NCBI RefSeq assembly: GCF_009914755.1
Contig: NC_060929.1
DNA: 64,000 bases
Strand: one strand, 5' to 3'
From: the human T2T-CHM13v2.0 reference genome, Homo sapiens
The position numbers were made by a program, and so were the translations under genes. A model generated the notes under the pieces. The model saw only the letters and a program-made list of their open reading frames with translations. It had not been told where the DNA came from and searched no databases. Shown piece by piece: positions 29,641-42,180 of this stretch (position 1 is its first letter; each line of letters opens with the position of its first letter).

Positions 29641-30417
29641 GTAAGAGACCCAGTGGGCGTGCGTCCCAGGGATCCCGGCTCCTTAGGCTGTGGACATCTA
29701 GCAAGTGCCTCCCCTCACAAGCTGGAGTGGGCCAGGCTGTGGGACAGAGGCCGGGCACCTGCGATGGAGCCCCCCTGGCCACTGCGCCCACGGCTCTCTG
29801 GAGAAGGCTCTGAGCCGACCTGTGAAGCATTTGATATTGTACCAAACAGACCAGCCAAACGAACACACACATTTCTCTGTGTGTTTACTGGCTCAGTTAG
29901 AAAATTCCACTGATTGCCCAAAACCCTAAACAAGTGCTACAGCAGACTGCTCGCCTGCGAGCTCCCACGCGCCCCAGACCGCACGCCTGCGAGCTCCCCC
30001 GCGCCGGGGACTGCCTGCCATTAGGAGCCCGGGCCAGAGGCCACGGAGCTCACCTGTCAGGACAGCATTTGAGGGGTCATGGGGTGGCCAGAGCAGGGTA
30101 GAGCCGTCTGCCCCGTCACGCCTCTCTCAGCTCACAGGATGTGGCATAACTGATCTACACAATGTCTTCACGTGGTCCTAGGACATCCCCCACGGTGCCC
30201 TCTGGCATGGCGAACAGACCCCATGGGGTCAGACACAGCCCACCTGCCCTTCCGCTGAACCCGGCCACAGCCCCTACTGGGTGGCGGGACTGCCTCTCGC
30301 TCTGCTTTCTGGCCCCCTGGTCCCTGAATAGGCTGACCTGGGGAACAGCAGGGCCTGAGCTGGCTCCAGGGCAGCCCCTCCTCCACTGCACTGAGCAGAG
30401 CCCTCCTTGTCCCACAG

Positions 30418-31244
30418 GTGAGCAGCTGGATGGGGCCCCTGGACCCGGAGGCTTGTCCCTCCTCACCCGTGGCTGAGTGTTTGAGGAGCTGTCACCAGGA
30501 GGCTACCTCGGTGGCTGCAGAGGCCTTCCCCGGGGCAGGTGTGGCAGTGCTGAAGCCTCATGCCCTGGGGAAACCGTGGGCATCACAGCAAGACCTGTGG
30601 CTGCAGTACCCCCAGACCCGGCTCCGTCTGGAAGAGGCCCTTTCTGAGGCTGCCCCAGACCCCAGCTTACCGCCCCTTGCCCAGAGCCCCCCAAAGCATG
30701 AGCGTGCCCAGGAGGCCATGAGGAGGCACCAGAAGCCACCCTCATTCCCCAGCACGGACAGTGGGGGTGGTGCCTGGGAACCTGCCCAACCACTGTCCGG
30801 CCTCCCTGGACGAGCGCTTCTGTGTGGACAGGACGGGGAGCCCCTGGGCCCAGGGCTGTGTGCTCTGTGGGACCCACTGTCCCTCCTCAGGGGCCTTCCA
30901 GGGGCAGGGGCCACCACGGCCCACCTGGAGGACAGCTCTGCCTGTTCCTCTGAGCCCACCCAGACCCTGGCCAGCCGCCCCAGGAAACATCCCCAGAAGA
31001 AAATGATAAAGAAAACGCAAAGTTTCGAGATACCTCAGCCCGACAGTGGCCCCAGGGACTCCTGCCAGCCAGACCATACTAGTGTCTTCAGCAAGGGCCT
31101 GGAGGTAACCAGCACTGTAGCCACAGAGAAGAAGCTCCCGCTGTGGCAGCATGCCAGGAGCCCCCCGGTCACTCAGAGCCGGAGTCTGTCCTCCCCCTCG
31201 GGGCTCCACCCTGCTGAGGAGGATGGGAGGCAGCAGGTGGGCAG
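30418..31244 (+). CDS. PLEKHG4B: PLEKHG4B coding exon, 827 nt (degenerate spectrin repeat plus Pro/Ser-rich linker)
   Basis: cccacag| VSSWMGP...KKMIKKTQSFEIP...QQVG |gtgagg; matches ORF 30418..31248; phase 0-2. Confidence 0.9.
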
Positions 31245-31857
31245 GTGAGGTGGACGTCCCCCTCCTCTCGTCCTAGCAGTCCTTGGGGATCTAGAAACCC
31301 AAAGCCATTTAGGCAGTAAACTCTCTTCTGCAAAGTAGAAAGTAAATCCACAGACATCCCTCTGGGTCCACCTGTCCGGTCTAAGAAGAAACACAATTTT
31401 AAACTAGATATGAGTTACCTGCCCCCATGTCCGGAAGGGACCACTGAAAACTGCCTGGATGGTGTGTGGTAACCTGAACACACTCACTCTGACGGTTAAG
31501 TAACTGTGCGACCAACTCTAGTTATTTTCAGCCCACTTACAGAAAATTACAAGCAGCAAATCAACCCCGACACCAAGAAGAGTTACCTTAAAAATAACTT
31601 TTAAAAAGTCTCTTAAGTGTTAGGGGTTAGAAGGCGCACCCATGCACCCATTGCCCCACTGAAGAGGCCCCTTCTCACTTGTCGAGCCTGCAAAGGACGC
31701 GTCCACTCATTGGTAAGGGTGGGTGCACTCGGCCCCTGCCTAGGCCGGATGCCGTCTGAACCTCCATCTTCCATCCATGTGGTACTGGTCGTGAGGGCTA
31801 GAGGTGGAGAATTTCGTGAGATGCTTTGCTCATTTGGTTGGCTTCTGTGTCTTGGGC

Positions 31858-34418
31858 CAGCAATCCCCATCCTTTTTGCCCCCAGGGACAGGATTCATGG
31901 AAGACAATTTTTCCACAGACCGCAGGGGTTGGGGTATGGTTTTGGGATGAAACTGCTCCACTTCAGCTCACCAGGCATTAGTTAGATTCTCATAAGGAGC
32001 ACGAAACCTAGATCCCTCACATGTGCAGTAGTGTTTGTGCTTCTCCGAGACTCTAATGCTGCCACTGATCTGACAGGAGGCGGAGCTCACACAGTAATGA
32101 TGTGACTGGGGGCGGAGTTCACCCAGTAATGCTGTGACAGGGGGCGGGGCTCACAGTAATGCTGTGACGGAGCGGAGCTCACACTAATGCTCTGACAGGG
32201 GGCGGAGCTCACACAGTAATGCTCTGACAGGGGGCGGAGCTCACACAGTAATGCTCTGACGGGGCGGAGCTCACACAGTAATGCTCTGACGGGGCGGAGC
32301 TCACACAGTAATGCTGTGACAGGGAGCGGAGCTCACAGTAATGCTGTGACGGAGCAGAGCTCACAGTAATGCTCTGACGGGCGGAGCTCACACTAATGCT
32401 CTGACAGGGGGCGGAGCTCACACTAATACTCTGACGGGGCGGGGCTCACAGTAATCCTCTGACGGGGCGGAGCTCACACTAATGCTCTGACGGGGCGGAG
32501 CTCACACACTAATGCTGTGACGGAGCGGAGCTCACACTAATGCTGTGACAGGGGGCGGGGCTCACAGTAATGCTCTGACGGGGCGGAGCTCACACTAATG
32601 CTCTGACGGGGCGGGGCTCACACTAATGCTCTGACGGGGCGGAGCTCACACTAATGCTCTGACGGGGCGGAGCTCACACTAATGCTCTGACGGGGCGGCG
32701 CTCACACTAATGCTGTGACGGGGCGGGGCTCACAGTAATGCTCTGACGGGGCGGAGCTCACACTAATGCTCTGATGGGGCGGAGCTCACACTAATGCTCT
32801 GACGGGGCGGAGCTCACACTAATGCTGTGACGGGGCGGGGCTCACAGTAATGCTCTGACGGGGCGGAGCTCACACTAATGCTCTGATGGGGCGGAGCTCA
32901 CACTAATGCTCTGACGGGGCGGAGCTCACACTAATGCTGTGACAGGGGGCGGGGCTCACAGTAATGCTCTGACGGGGTGGAGCTCACACTAATGCTCTGA
33001 CGGGGCGGGGCTCACAGTAATGCTCTGACGGGGCGGAGCTCACACTAATGCTCTGACGGGGCGGAGCTCACACTAATGCTCTGACGGGGCGGGGCTCACA
33101 CTAATGCTGTGACAGGGGTCGGAGCTCACACAGTAATGCTGTGACGGGGCAGAGCTCACACTAATGCTCTGATGGGGCGGGGCTCACACTAATGCTCTGA
33201 CGGGGTGGGGCTCACAGTACTCCTCTGACGGGGCGGCGCTCACACTAATGCTCTGACGGGGTGGAGCTCACACTAATGCTCTGACGGGGCGGAGCTCACA
33301 CTAATGCTCTGACGGGGCGGGGCTCACACTAATGCTCTGACGGGGCGGGGCTCACACTAATGCTCTGACGGGGCGGAGCTCACACTAATGCTCTGACGGG
33401 GCGGGGCTCACACTAATGCTCTGACGGGGCGGAGCTCACACTAACGCTCTGACGGGGCGGGGCTCACAGTAATCCTCTGACGGGGCGGGGCTCACACTAA
33501 TGCTCTGACGGGGCGGAGCTCACACTAATGCTCTGACGGGGCGGGGCTCACACTAATGCTCTGACGGGGCGGGGCTCACACTAATGCTCTGACGGGGCGG
33601 AGCTCACACACTAATGCTCTGATGGGGCGGGGCTCACACTAATGCTCTGACGGGGCGGAGCTCACACTAACGCTCTGACGGGGCGGGGCTCACAGTAATC
33701 CTCTGACGGGGCGGAGCTCACACTAATGCTCTGACGGGGCGGGGCTCACACTAACGCTCTGACGGGGCGGGGCTCACAGTAATCCTCTGACGGGGCGGAG
33801 CTCACACTAATGCTCTGACGGGGCGGGGCTCACACTAATGCTCTGACGGGGCGGGGCTCACACTAATGCTCTGATGGGGCGGAGCTCACACTAATGCTCT
33901 GACGGGGCGGGGCTCACACTAATGCTCTGACGGGGCGGGGCTCACAGTAATCCTCTGACGGGGTGGGGCTCACACTAATGCTCTGACGGGGCGGAGCTCA
34001 CACTAATGCTCTGACGGGGCGGGGCTCACAGTAATCCTCTGACGGGGCGGGGCTCACACTAATGCTCTGACGGGGCGGGGCTCACACTAATGCTCTGACG
34101 GGGCGGGGCTCACAGTAATCCTCTGACGGGGCGGAGCTCACACTAATGCTCTGACGGGGCGGAGCTCACACTAATGCTCTGACGGGGCGGGGCTCACACT
34201 AATGCTCTGACGGGGCGGGGCTCACACTAATGCTCTGGCAGGAGGCGGAGCTCACACTAATGCTCTGACGGGGCGGGGCTCACACTAATGCTCTGGCAGG
34301 AGGTGGAGCTCAGGTGGCAACACTCCCTCGCCTGCCACTCACCTCCTGCTGGGCGGCCTGGTTCCTAATAGGCCACAGATGGGTACCAGTCGGTGGCCCT
34401 GGGGGTTGGAGGCCTCTG
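31858..34418 (+). mobile_element. MER1B (hAT-Charlie) DNA transposon split by an internal minisatellite
   Basis: Left part cagcaatccccatcctttttgcc...gaagacaatttttccac...ttagattctcataaggagc...ctgatctgacaggaggcggagctca. Right part ctcacctcctgct...ggttcctaataggccac...gggggttggaggcctctg. Confidence 0.85.
32070..34312. repeat. 28-bp GC-rich VNTR, ~75-80 copies (CTAATGCTCTGACGGGGCGG[A/G]GCTCACA)
   Basis: Directly visible; highly homogeneous with interspersed variant units. Confidence 0.97.
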
Positions 34419-36570
34419 CCTTAAGGTCCATAGAAGGGGTTTCCTCCTCACACCCTGATCATAGGTTTAATCTGAACGGAGAAGGCCCAAGAACACTCTT
34501 CTGAAACACACCTTTAGGTTGCCAGACTCAGTGTTTACCTTGTTAAAGGCAAAGCTCCAAGTAGAACATTAAGTTCTGGTTTTTACCATTGGTGTGAGTG
34601 ATCCAGGGTGTATCTGCCGGCTGAGCCCTTCCGAATCCGTAAGAGGAACGCCAAGCGCTGTCCCTGAGTCTCAGCAAGTGGCTGCACTGACGTTTCTGTC
34701 TCCACTGAGCCCATGTTTCAGGTTTGGGGGGCAGCAGAACACAGGAAGGGGGGACTCCTGCCGACCCCCGTGTGATTTCCAGCCTTTGCTTCCTAGTGAG
34801 TACATTGTCCATTTACTTTGATCAAGACCCAATTAAGACTGTCCTCATTCTGATTTTGTTTCTGGATATTTACTGAGGAGGCTTTTGTGTGGGTCGTGAC
34901 ACTGGGCCTCGGCCTTCCCGCCAGTGCTGTGAGGGCCAGTTCCTGACCAGCCAGGAGGTGCTGTGTTCTCAGAAACAGTGAGAATCTGTCAAATCTGTTA
35001 TGCAGGAGTGAAGGGGACAAGTTCTGCAGCTCTGCTGTGAATGGGATGTGCGTTCAGCAGCATTTCTGCCCACAGCTGTGCTTCCCATCATTAGCTGCTT
35101 TTTAGTTTTTCCAACTTAAAAAACAAGTAAATACAAATAATGGTAGAAAAAAAAATCTGCCAACTCCCATTGGTATCATCAGGATCGAGTTATTTAAGGA
35201 GGTTGGGGGTAAGATGCCATCAAGTAGAGGAGAAAAGCAACGCACCTCACTGTTCATTAGGGCAGGGCCCCCGGCTCACCATGGCCCTGGGAAATCTCCT
35301 TTGAAAGTGCAGTGGATGGTGCTGTCTGAGGTGCAGAGCTGTGGGACACGCCCAGATCCCACCCCAGCAGAACCCAGAGAACCTTCTCCTGGAGAGTCCC
35401 GCCGCCCAGGCCAGGCTTTGGCATTCATGCTGCCGGAGTGTGGGCCCTGCCCTCCAGGCTCACATGCTGGCCACTGCTCAGTTGCTGAGAGTGACCAGGT
35501 GGCCCCACTCCAGCCAGCTCATGAAACAGAGCCACCAGCCTAAGCGTCCTGCATTTGTTTATGGTGTAAAAGTACTTTTGGATGCTTAGCATGTTTTTTA
35601 GTGGTAATAAAAAAATTAAAAAATACCACCTGATTTGGGAAGCCCAGTTTGGGCCTCTATGATCACAGCACTGCAGTTTTGCACGGGAGGTACCGTCTGG
35701 CCAAGCTGACCACACTGGCCAGCCCACCTCTCCACTCTCTCAGGGCAACACGAGTGGATCCTCTGGGTCCTGCCCTGCCCTGGGGATACGGAGGTAGTGA
35801 GACTTCGGGCAGCCACAGAGGAGCCCACATCTCCTGCAGATGTGTGTGTTGTCAGGAAGGGCTCTTCAAAGACTCAGAAGTGCTTCAGAGGCTCACCCCT
35901 CACGGGAACAGTGCTCCTACAAACCCTGCTTGGCAGCCCCTCCTCAGGACGCTCATTCAAGGCAGGGAGACCCCAGCCAAGGGTGGGGCTGAGGGTTCCG
36001 TGGAGGGCCATCCCTGGGGCCTAGCCTGCTGTTGTCCACCTCTGGGCCGTCCTGCGCCCCCGGCCTTGCTCTCCGGCCACTGCAGCCCCCGAGTACCCCT
36101 GAAGCTGCTCCTTAAGGTGCTGAGCCCCTTGGGTCAGGAGTAACTACCATGGAAGCTGACCCTCGAGAAAACCTCCTGGTCAGTCAGCAGTGGGCAAGGA
36201 TCCAAAAGCCGTTTTCTCACGAAATTTCCACCACAGCCTTCCTTAGCAGAAGCGTCACTGCTGGAAGTGTTTGAGTCATCTCACCGCTAGAATGAAACCA
36301 GCTGGGAACGAGAAACCTTATGTTCAGAGTTTCAGTTAGGAAGCCTGGGAATCTGTCTGTCTTGGTTTCCAAAGGGATCTTTCCTCTGAAAAGGCCATGA
36401 TCAATAATGTGGAAATGTTTCACCTGACAAGTTTCTTTTTGAAATATAGTCCTTATCTTTTCAAGTTACTGTGTATCAAGAGAGCAGCTCCAGGTAACAG
36501 GGAGAGAATGAGTGAAGGTGCAGGTGAGTCGCTCCTTGCTGAGGATGTGCAGTAGACTGGAAGATTATTC

Positions 36571-36876
<306 letters not shown>

Positions 36877-37042
36877 GGAAGCTTTTTTGTCGTGCATCCC
36901 ACATGTGCCCATGTGCCTCCAGTCCACATGTGACCCTGCTCATCCCTCTGGGTTTTCATGTGTTTCTGTCTCAGGCATGAATTGCTTTTAATAAAGTGTC
37001 CGTGGGGGGCCGTGTGCCCCCCGGGATCTCTGTGTCTTCCAG

Positions 37043-37295
37043 CAGCCGACTGAGGCACATCATGGCCGAGATGATCGCCACAGAGAGGGAGTACATTCGG
37101 TGCTTAGGATACGTCATTGACAACTATTTTCCAGAAATGGAAAGAATGGACTTGCCCCAGGGCCTTCGAGGGAAGCACCACGTTATTTTCGGCAACTTGG
37201 AGAAGCTCCACGACTTCCACCAGCAGCACTTCCTCCGGGAGCTGGAGCGCTGCCAGCACTGCCCCTTGGCCGTGGGCCGCAGTTTCCTGAGACAC
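37043..37295 (+). CDS. PLEKHG4B: PLEKHG4B coding exon, 253 nt (DH/RhoGEF domain start)
   Basis: cttccag| SRLRHIMAEMIATEREYIRCL...IFGNLEKLHDFHQQHFLRELE...FLRH |gtaagt; classic DH CR1 and IFGN motifs. Confidence 0.97.
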
Positions 37296-38007
37296 GTAAG
37301 TGCAGGCCATGGCGTGGGTGCCGGGCAACGTGGTGGGTGAAGCCGGTGTCGGAGAGGCGGGGCCTACAGGGCCCACGTGTCAGGCGGTTGGAATAGCTTC
37401 AGTCCAGGTCTAGGAGCTGGTCCTGACAGGATGTTAAGACCAGCCGAAAAACAGATGCCCCACACGGATAACCTGTGGGTCTCCAGTGCCCGGTGCTTTG
37501 CGCGTGGTGTGACCGACTGTGTCCCTGCTGCCCCTGGAGGCGGAGGCTCACAGACACCATCACACCCATTCTGCCAGCAGCCCTTCTCCTTTACCACTTC
37601 CAGCTGATAGGCCAGAAGCAGTTCCCAGAATCACCTTCCGGGGAGAGGCCAGGCCTCACCTCTTCACACGCCCCCTGCCCCTGGATGCCCCATTACCTGC
37701 CAGAGGGACCAGCCTGTCCCGTTCTGAGAATTCCCTGTGAGGCTTTCAACTGGAAGCACGTTGAATGTACAGACCCAGTGGTCTCTCCTCGTAAGTTGCT
37801 TCTCAGTGATGAATGTGGAATCTCTCTGTTTGAGAGTCTTTAATAAAGTTTTTAATTTACTCTGGAAAGAAACTGACAGGCTTTCAACAGGCATTCACTG
37901 AGTGCTGTGGGCAGATGGGATGTATGTCCCAGACCACTGAGCACAGATTATCACAACGAAAACAGCCGTGGACAAAAGAAGCGCATGTTACATCTTTTCA
38001 GTGTTTC

Positions 38008-38302
38008 CTTTTTTTTTTTCTTTGAGATGAAGTCTCGCTCTGTTGCCCAGACTGGAGTGCAGTGGCACAATCACAGCTCACAGCAGACTCCGCCTCCCGA
38101 GTTCAAGTGATTCTCCTGCCTCAGCCTCTTGAGTAGCTGGGACTACAGGCGCCGCCACCACGCCCGGCTAATTTTTGTATTTTTAGTAGAGATGGAGTTT
38201 CACCATGCTGGCGAGGCTGGTCTTGAACTCCCAACCTCCTGATCCACCCGCTTCAGCCTCCCAAAGTGCTGGGATTACAGGTGTGAGCCACTGTGCCCAG
38301 CC
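38008..38302 (-). mobile_element. AluS-type element
   Basis: Antisense Alu. Confidence 0.93.
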
Positions 38303-38745
38303 TCAGCATTTTCTTAAAAGGTGCTTTTAGACATAAAGTGCAGATTCATATTGACCGTGATTGTGGCAATTTTAAATGTCTTGACAGCTTTAGCTCTTGG
38401 CCATGGACCAAATCATTCCAATGCCCCCCACGCCCTCCCAGGCCCACTGCCAGCTGCATCCTCTTCCCCCCTCAACCCCCTGGAGTCTGTGTTTTAAAGA
38501 CAAATTACAGAATTCTCAGCATTGAGGCTTCAGCTGGTAAACTGGTCACCCCTGGAGCCCTGGTGTTGGGGATACTCTGATAGTCTTTAATGAAGGGCCG
38601 AGTCTCCCTTTCACCTGATCATGGTACAAACTGCACCTGGGGGGTCTTGGGACGGGAGCAGTTCCAAGTCTGACCCGGGCTGCGGGAGCCTGCTGTCTCT
38701 GGGCCTGTCACTCCCACAGCCAAGCAGTCGCCTCTGCTTTTCCAG

Positions 38746-38835
38746 GAAGAGCAGTTTGGGATGTACGTGATCTACAGCAAAAACAAGCCGCAGTCGGATG
38801 CCCTGCTCAGCAGCCATGGCAACGCCTTCTTCAAG
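38746..38835 (+). CDS. PLEKHG4B: PLEKHG4B coding exon, 90 nt (DH)
   Basis: ttttccag| EEQFGMYVIYSKNKPQSDALL...FFK |gtcatc. Confidence 0.95.
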
Positions 38836-38916
38836 GTCATCCCCCTCGGCCCGCCCCCCACAGCCTGCCCGGCCCTCAGCCAGGCCGGAGCTGACCCTCT
38901 CACCCGGCCCTTGCAG

Positions 38917-39147
38917 GACAAGCAGCGGGAGCTAGGTGACAAAATGGACCTGGCCTCCTACCTGCTGCGGCCCGTGCAGCGTGTGGCCAAGTACGCGCTG
39001 CTACTCCAGGACCTGCTCAAGGAGGCCAGCTGTGGCCTGGCCCAGGGGCAGGAGCTGGGCGAGCTCCGAGCCGCCGAGGTCGTGGTCTGCTTCCAGCTGC
39101 GTCACGGCAATGACCTGCTGGCCATGGACGCCATCCGCGGCTGTGAC
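38917..39147 (+). CDS. PLEKHG4B: PLEKHG4B coding exon, 231 nt (DH CR3)
   Basis: ttgcag| DKQRELGDKMDLASYLLRPVQRVAKYALLLQDLLK...QLRHGNDLLAMDAIRGCD |gtaagt. Confidence 0.97.
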
Positions 39148-40599
39148 GTAAGTGCCCCAGACGCTGGCAGCTCAGGCAAGCTGGGGGAATTTGAGGCTGC
39201 TGGTGAGAAAGTCTTGGCCCCAGCAGCACAGTTTTCTTGGTGATGTGCTGGCAGATTTGCCCCGGAGAAGTCCCTCAAAGCACAGCCTTCTGAAGGCCGC
39301 AGCGGGGGCCACCTGGAGGAGGGTCTTACCTGTCTGAGCAATGTCAGGGAGCAGCCAGGCTCGAGGCCCCTGGAGCCCCAGGGTTTGACAATGGCTGGCA
39401 GATGTTGGCTGCCGTTCTACAGGACATGCAAAGCAGGCTGGCTCTGAATAACTGGAAGTCTGCTTACCTGGGCTGTATTTAAAACAGGTGGACGTGAGCG
39501 CTGCACCCCAGCCCTCGGTGAGAAGGCACTAGGGCCAGGGCGTGGGGCTGACCTTGGCTCGTTCATACGGGCCCGCGGCAGCTCACCCATATGCTGCTGC
39601 CCGCGACCGGCTGCATGGGTCTCATCAGGCCCCTCTGCGGGGGTTGTGCAGCTCAGTGTAGTGAAGGCTGCCCTGGCTGCCCCAAACCCCAGATGCCCAA
39701 AAGGCCACGGGTGAGCTGAGAAATGGCCGGTGCGTGGGGGCGCTGGCTCCACTCTGGCCTGGGATGGGTGACACCCCAATGGCAGAGCAGGGCCGTGGAG
39801 GGTGGGACCCCACATGAGCTGGAAAAGGCAGGCCCATCTCGGGCCCCCAACACCGACGGAATCGGGGCTGCTTCTAGGAAGTGGTATAGTCAGTCTTCCT
39901 GGTCACTTGTGTGGAGGCGCCTCAGGCTGTCCCAGCATCCTCAGCCAAGGAGCCCTAGGGGCGTCCATGGGATGGAGGTCATGGGAGAGGCTCTGCCAAC
40001 CGTGCCCATCATGCGGGTAAATTCCACTAGGGGAAGGACAGCCTGGTGGGCACGGCGGCTCCATCTCTGGGGGTTGCTGTCTCCTCTGACCCAGCTTGAA
40101 GGGATTTCTGTGGGGACGAGGGAGGAGCTGTCGGATTCCCAGGGGCTATTTAGTGAGGGGGACTCTAGCACCACCTCAGCAGGGAGTTCCATCAAAATGG
40201 ACGCGAGGGCTTTGAAGTAGAAAGTTCCATAAATCGCAACAAGGTTTACCTTGTGATCTCTGCACGTATGACCCGGGAACGGGGGCCGGGGTGGGGGTGT
40301 GGGACGCTCACCCCCTGAGCAGGGCTCCTCCCCTGTGTGTGGGCCCAGAGGGTCAAACGGGAGGGTTGGGGGGAACTGGGTGAGTTCCTGAGCTTTTAGA
40401 TGTGATGCTGCAGTTTCTATCCTGATGCTCTTTGAAACCTTTAACAGCTAACATTAAGGCGGATTTGCCAGATTTTATGGCAGTTTGGCTGCTGTTCCGT
40501 CTTGTCACGAAGCTAACACATTTAGACGGAGACAGTGACCTGTGCCACCACAGACGCCAGATTTTCTTGGATGAAATCCACCTGTGTGTTCCTCTGCAG

Positions 40600-40770
40600 G
40601 TGAATTTGAAGGAACAGGGGCAGCTGAGATGCCGGGATGAGTTTATCGTTTGCTGCGGGAGGAAGAAGTATCTGAGGCATGTGTTCCTCTTTGAAGACCT
40701 CATCCTGTTTAGCAAGACCCAGAAGGTGGAGGGCAGCCACGACGTCTACCTGTACAAGCAGTCCTTCAAG
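40600..40770 (+). CDS. PLEKHG4B: PLEKHG4B coding exon, 171 nt (PH domain)
   Basis: ctctgcag| VNLKEQGQL...[14 protein letters not shown]...YLYKQSFK |gtagca. Confidence 0.97.
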
Positions 40771-41620
40771 GTAGCACCCGCCCGGTCTGATTGGGTGCAG
40801 GCCGAGCCAGGCCCTCCAAGGGGGTCTCGGACCCTTGTCTCACCTGAGGCCAGCAGAGGAACTGGGAGGGAGTGAAGCGGGGAGGAGCCGCACTGCGATG
40901 TTTGTTTTCTGCGGTTCTTGGGTAAATTCTTGAAAACGTTAGCCTTCCAAAAGCTGCAAGGAGAAGTGTGTCTTCTCCAGTCCCATGTCCAGTCCAGGGG
41001 CTGAGAAACAAGTGCCTACTCAGTCAGTAACTGCATTTTGGATCCTGTGCAGAGGTGAACACAGGGACAGGCCTTCCCCTGGCTCTCGGAGGTGCACAGG
41101 GAGGGCTTTGCTGATGCACCACGTTGGGCAGGTTCCCACTTGTGACTCGGCTGTGCTGAGGGAGGGGAGGTCCCTCCCTTCTTGACAGAGTCCATGAGGG
41201 TGCATGGGCTCACACACAAGCAGCCTCACAGACTCATGCATAGCCTTGCACACTCATGGACAGCTGTCCTTCACATTCAAGCACTCTCCCTTGCACACTC
41301 TTAAGCAGCCTCACACACCCATGAGCAGCATTGCACACAGGGACAGTCCTGTACACTCTCCTTTGCACGCTCACAAGCAGTCACTCACGAGCAGCCTCAC
41401 ACACACGGACAGCTATCCTGCACACAGGCACTCTCCCTGGCACGGTCACAAGCAGCCTCACACACTCGTGAGCAGTGTGGTCTCGCTCACCCTGACCCAT
41501 CCCACACATTTGTCATTTGGTGTCTGGGTGAAGTGACCTCCAGCACTGAGGAATTTGGGTAGCCAGTTGTTCAGAGACCATGTTCCTGATGGTGCTGCAA
41601 TGGGTGTTTGCTGACTGCAG

Positions 41621-41801
41621 ACGGCCGAGATCGGGATGACAGAGAACGTCGGGGACAGTGGCTTGAGGTTTGAGATTTGGTTTCGCAGGCGGCAGAAATC
41701 TCAGGACACCTACATTCTCCAAGCAAGCTCGGCAGAGGTCAAGAGTGCATGGACCGATGTCATAGGGAGGATCCTGTGGCGGCAGGCACTAAAGAGCAGA
41801 G
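41621..41801 (+). CDS. PLEKHG4B: PLEKHG4B coding exon, 181 nt (PH domain end)
   Basis: gactgcag| TAEIGMTENVGDSGLRFEIWFRRR...YILQASSAEVKSAWTDVIGRILWRQA |gtggga. Confidence 0.97.
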
Positions 41802-41844
41802 GTGGGAAGATGGGGGCCGCAGGGCCTAACAGGCTCAGGGGCAC

Positions 41845-42180
41845 AGCTAGGGGCGGGGGTCGGGGCTGGGACTGGGGTGAGAGCCAGGGGCTGAGTCCAG
41901 GGGCCAGGGGGCTGGGGGCCAGGGCTAGAGCTGGGGCTGGAGCTGTGGTCGGGGACTGAGTCCAGGGGCTGGGGAATGGGGGCTGGGGCTGGGGTGGGGG
42001 CTGGAGACTGAATCCAGGGGCCGGGGGGCCAGCAGGGCCGGGGTGGGGGCTGGAGACTGAGTCCAGGGGTCGGGGGCTAAGGCCAGGAGTGGGGCTGGGG
42101 TGGGGACTGGAGACTGAGTCCAGGGGCCGGGGGCCAAGGCTAGGAGTGGGGCTGGGGTGGAGGCATGGGTTGGGAGCTGG
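41845..42180. repeat. G-rich degenerate minisatellite (GGGGCTGGAGACTGAGTCCAGGGG)
   Basis: Directly visible. Confidence 0.9.

Noticed and set aside
32070-34312. CRISPR-like array
   Set aside because: Head-to-tail repeats without unique spacers, eukaryotic context and no cas genes.
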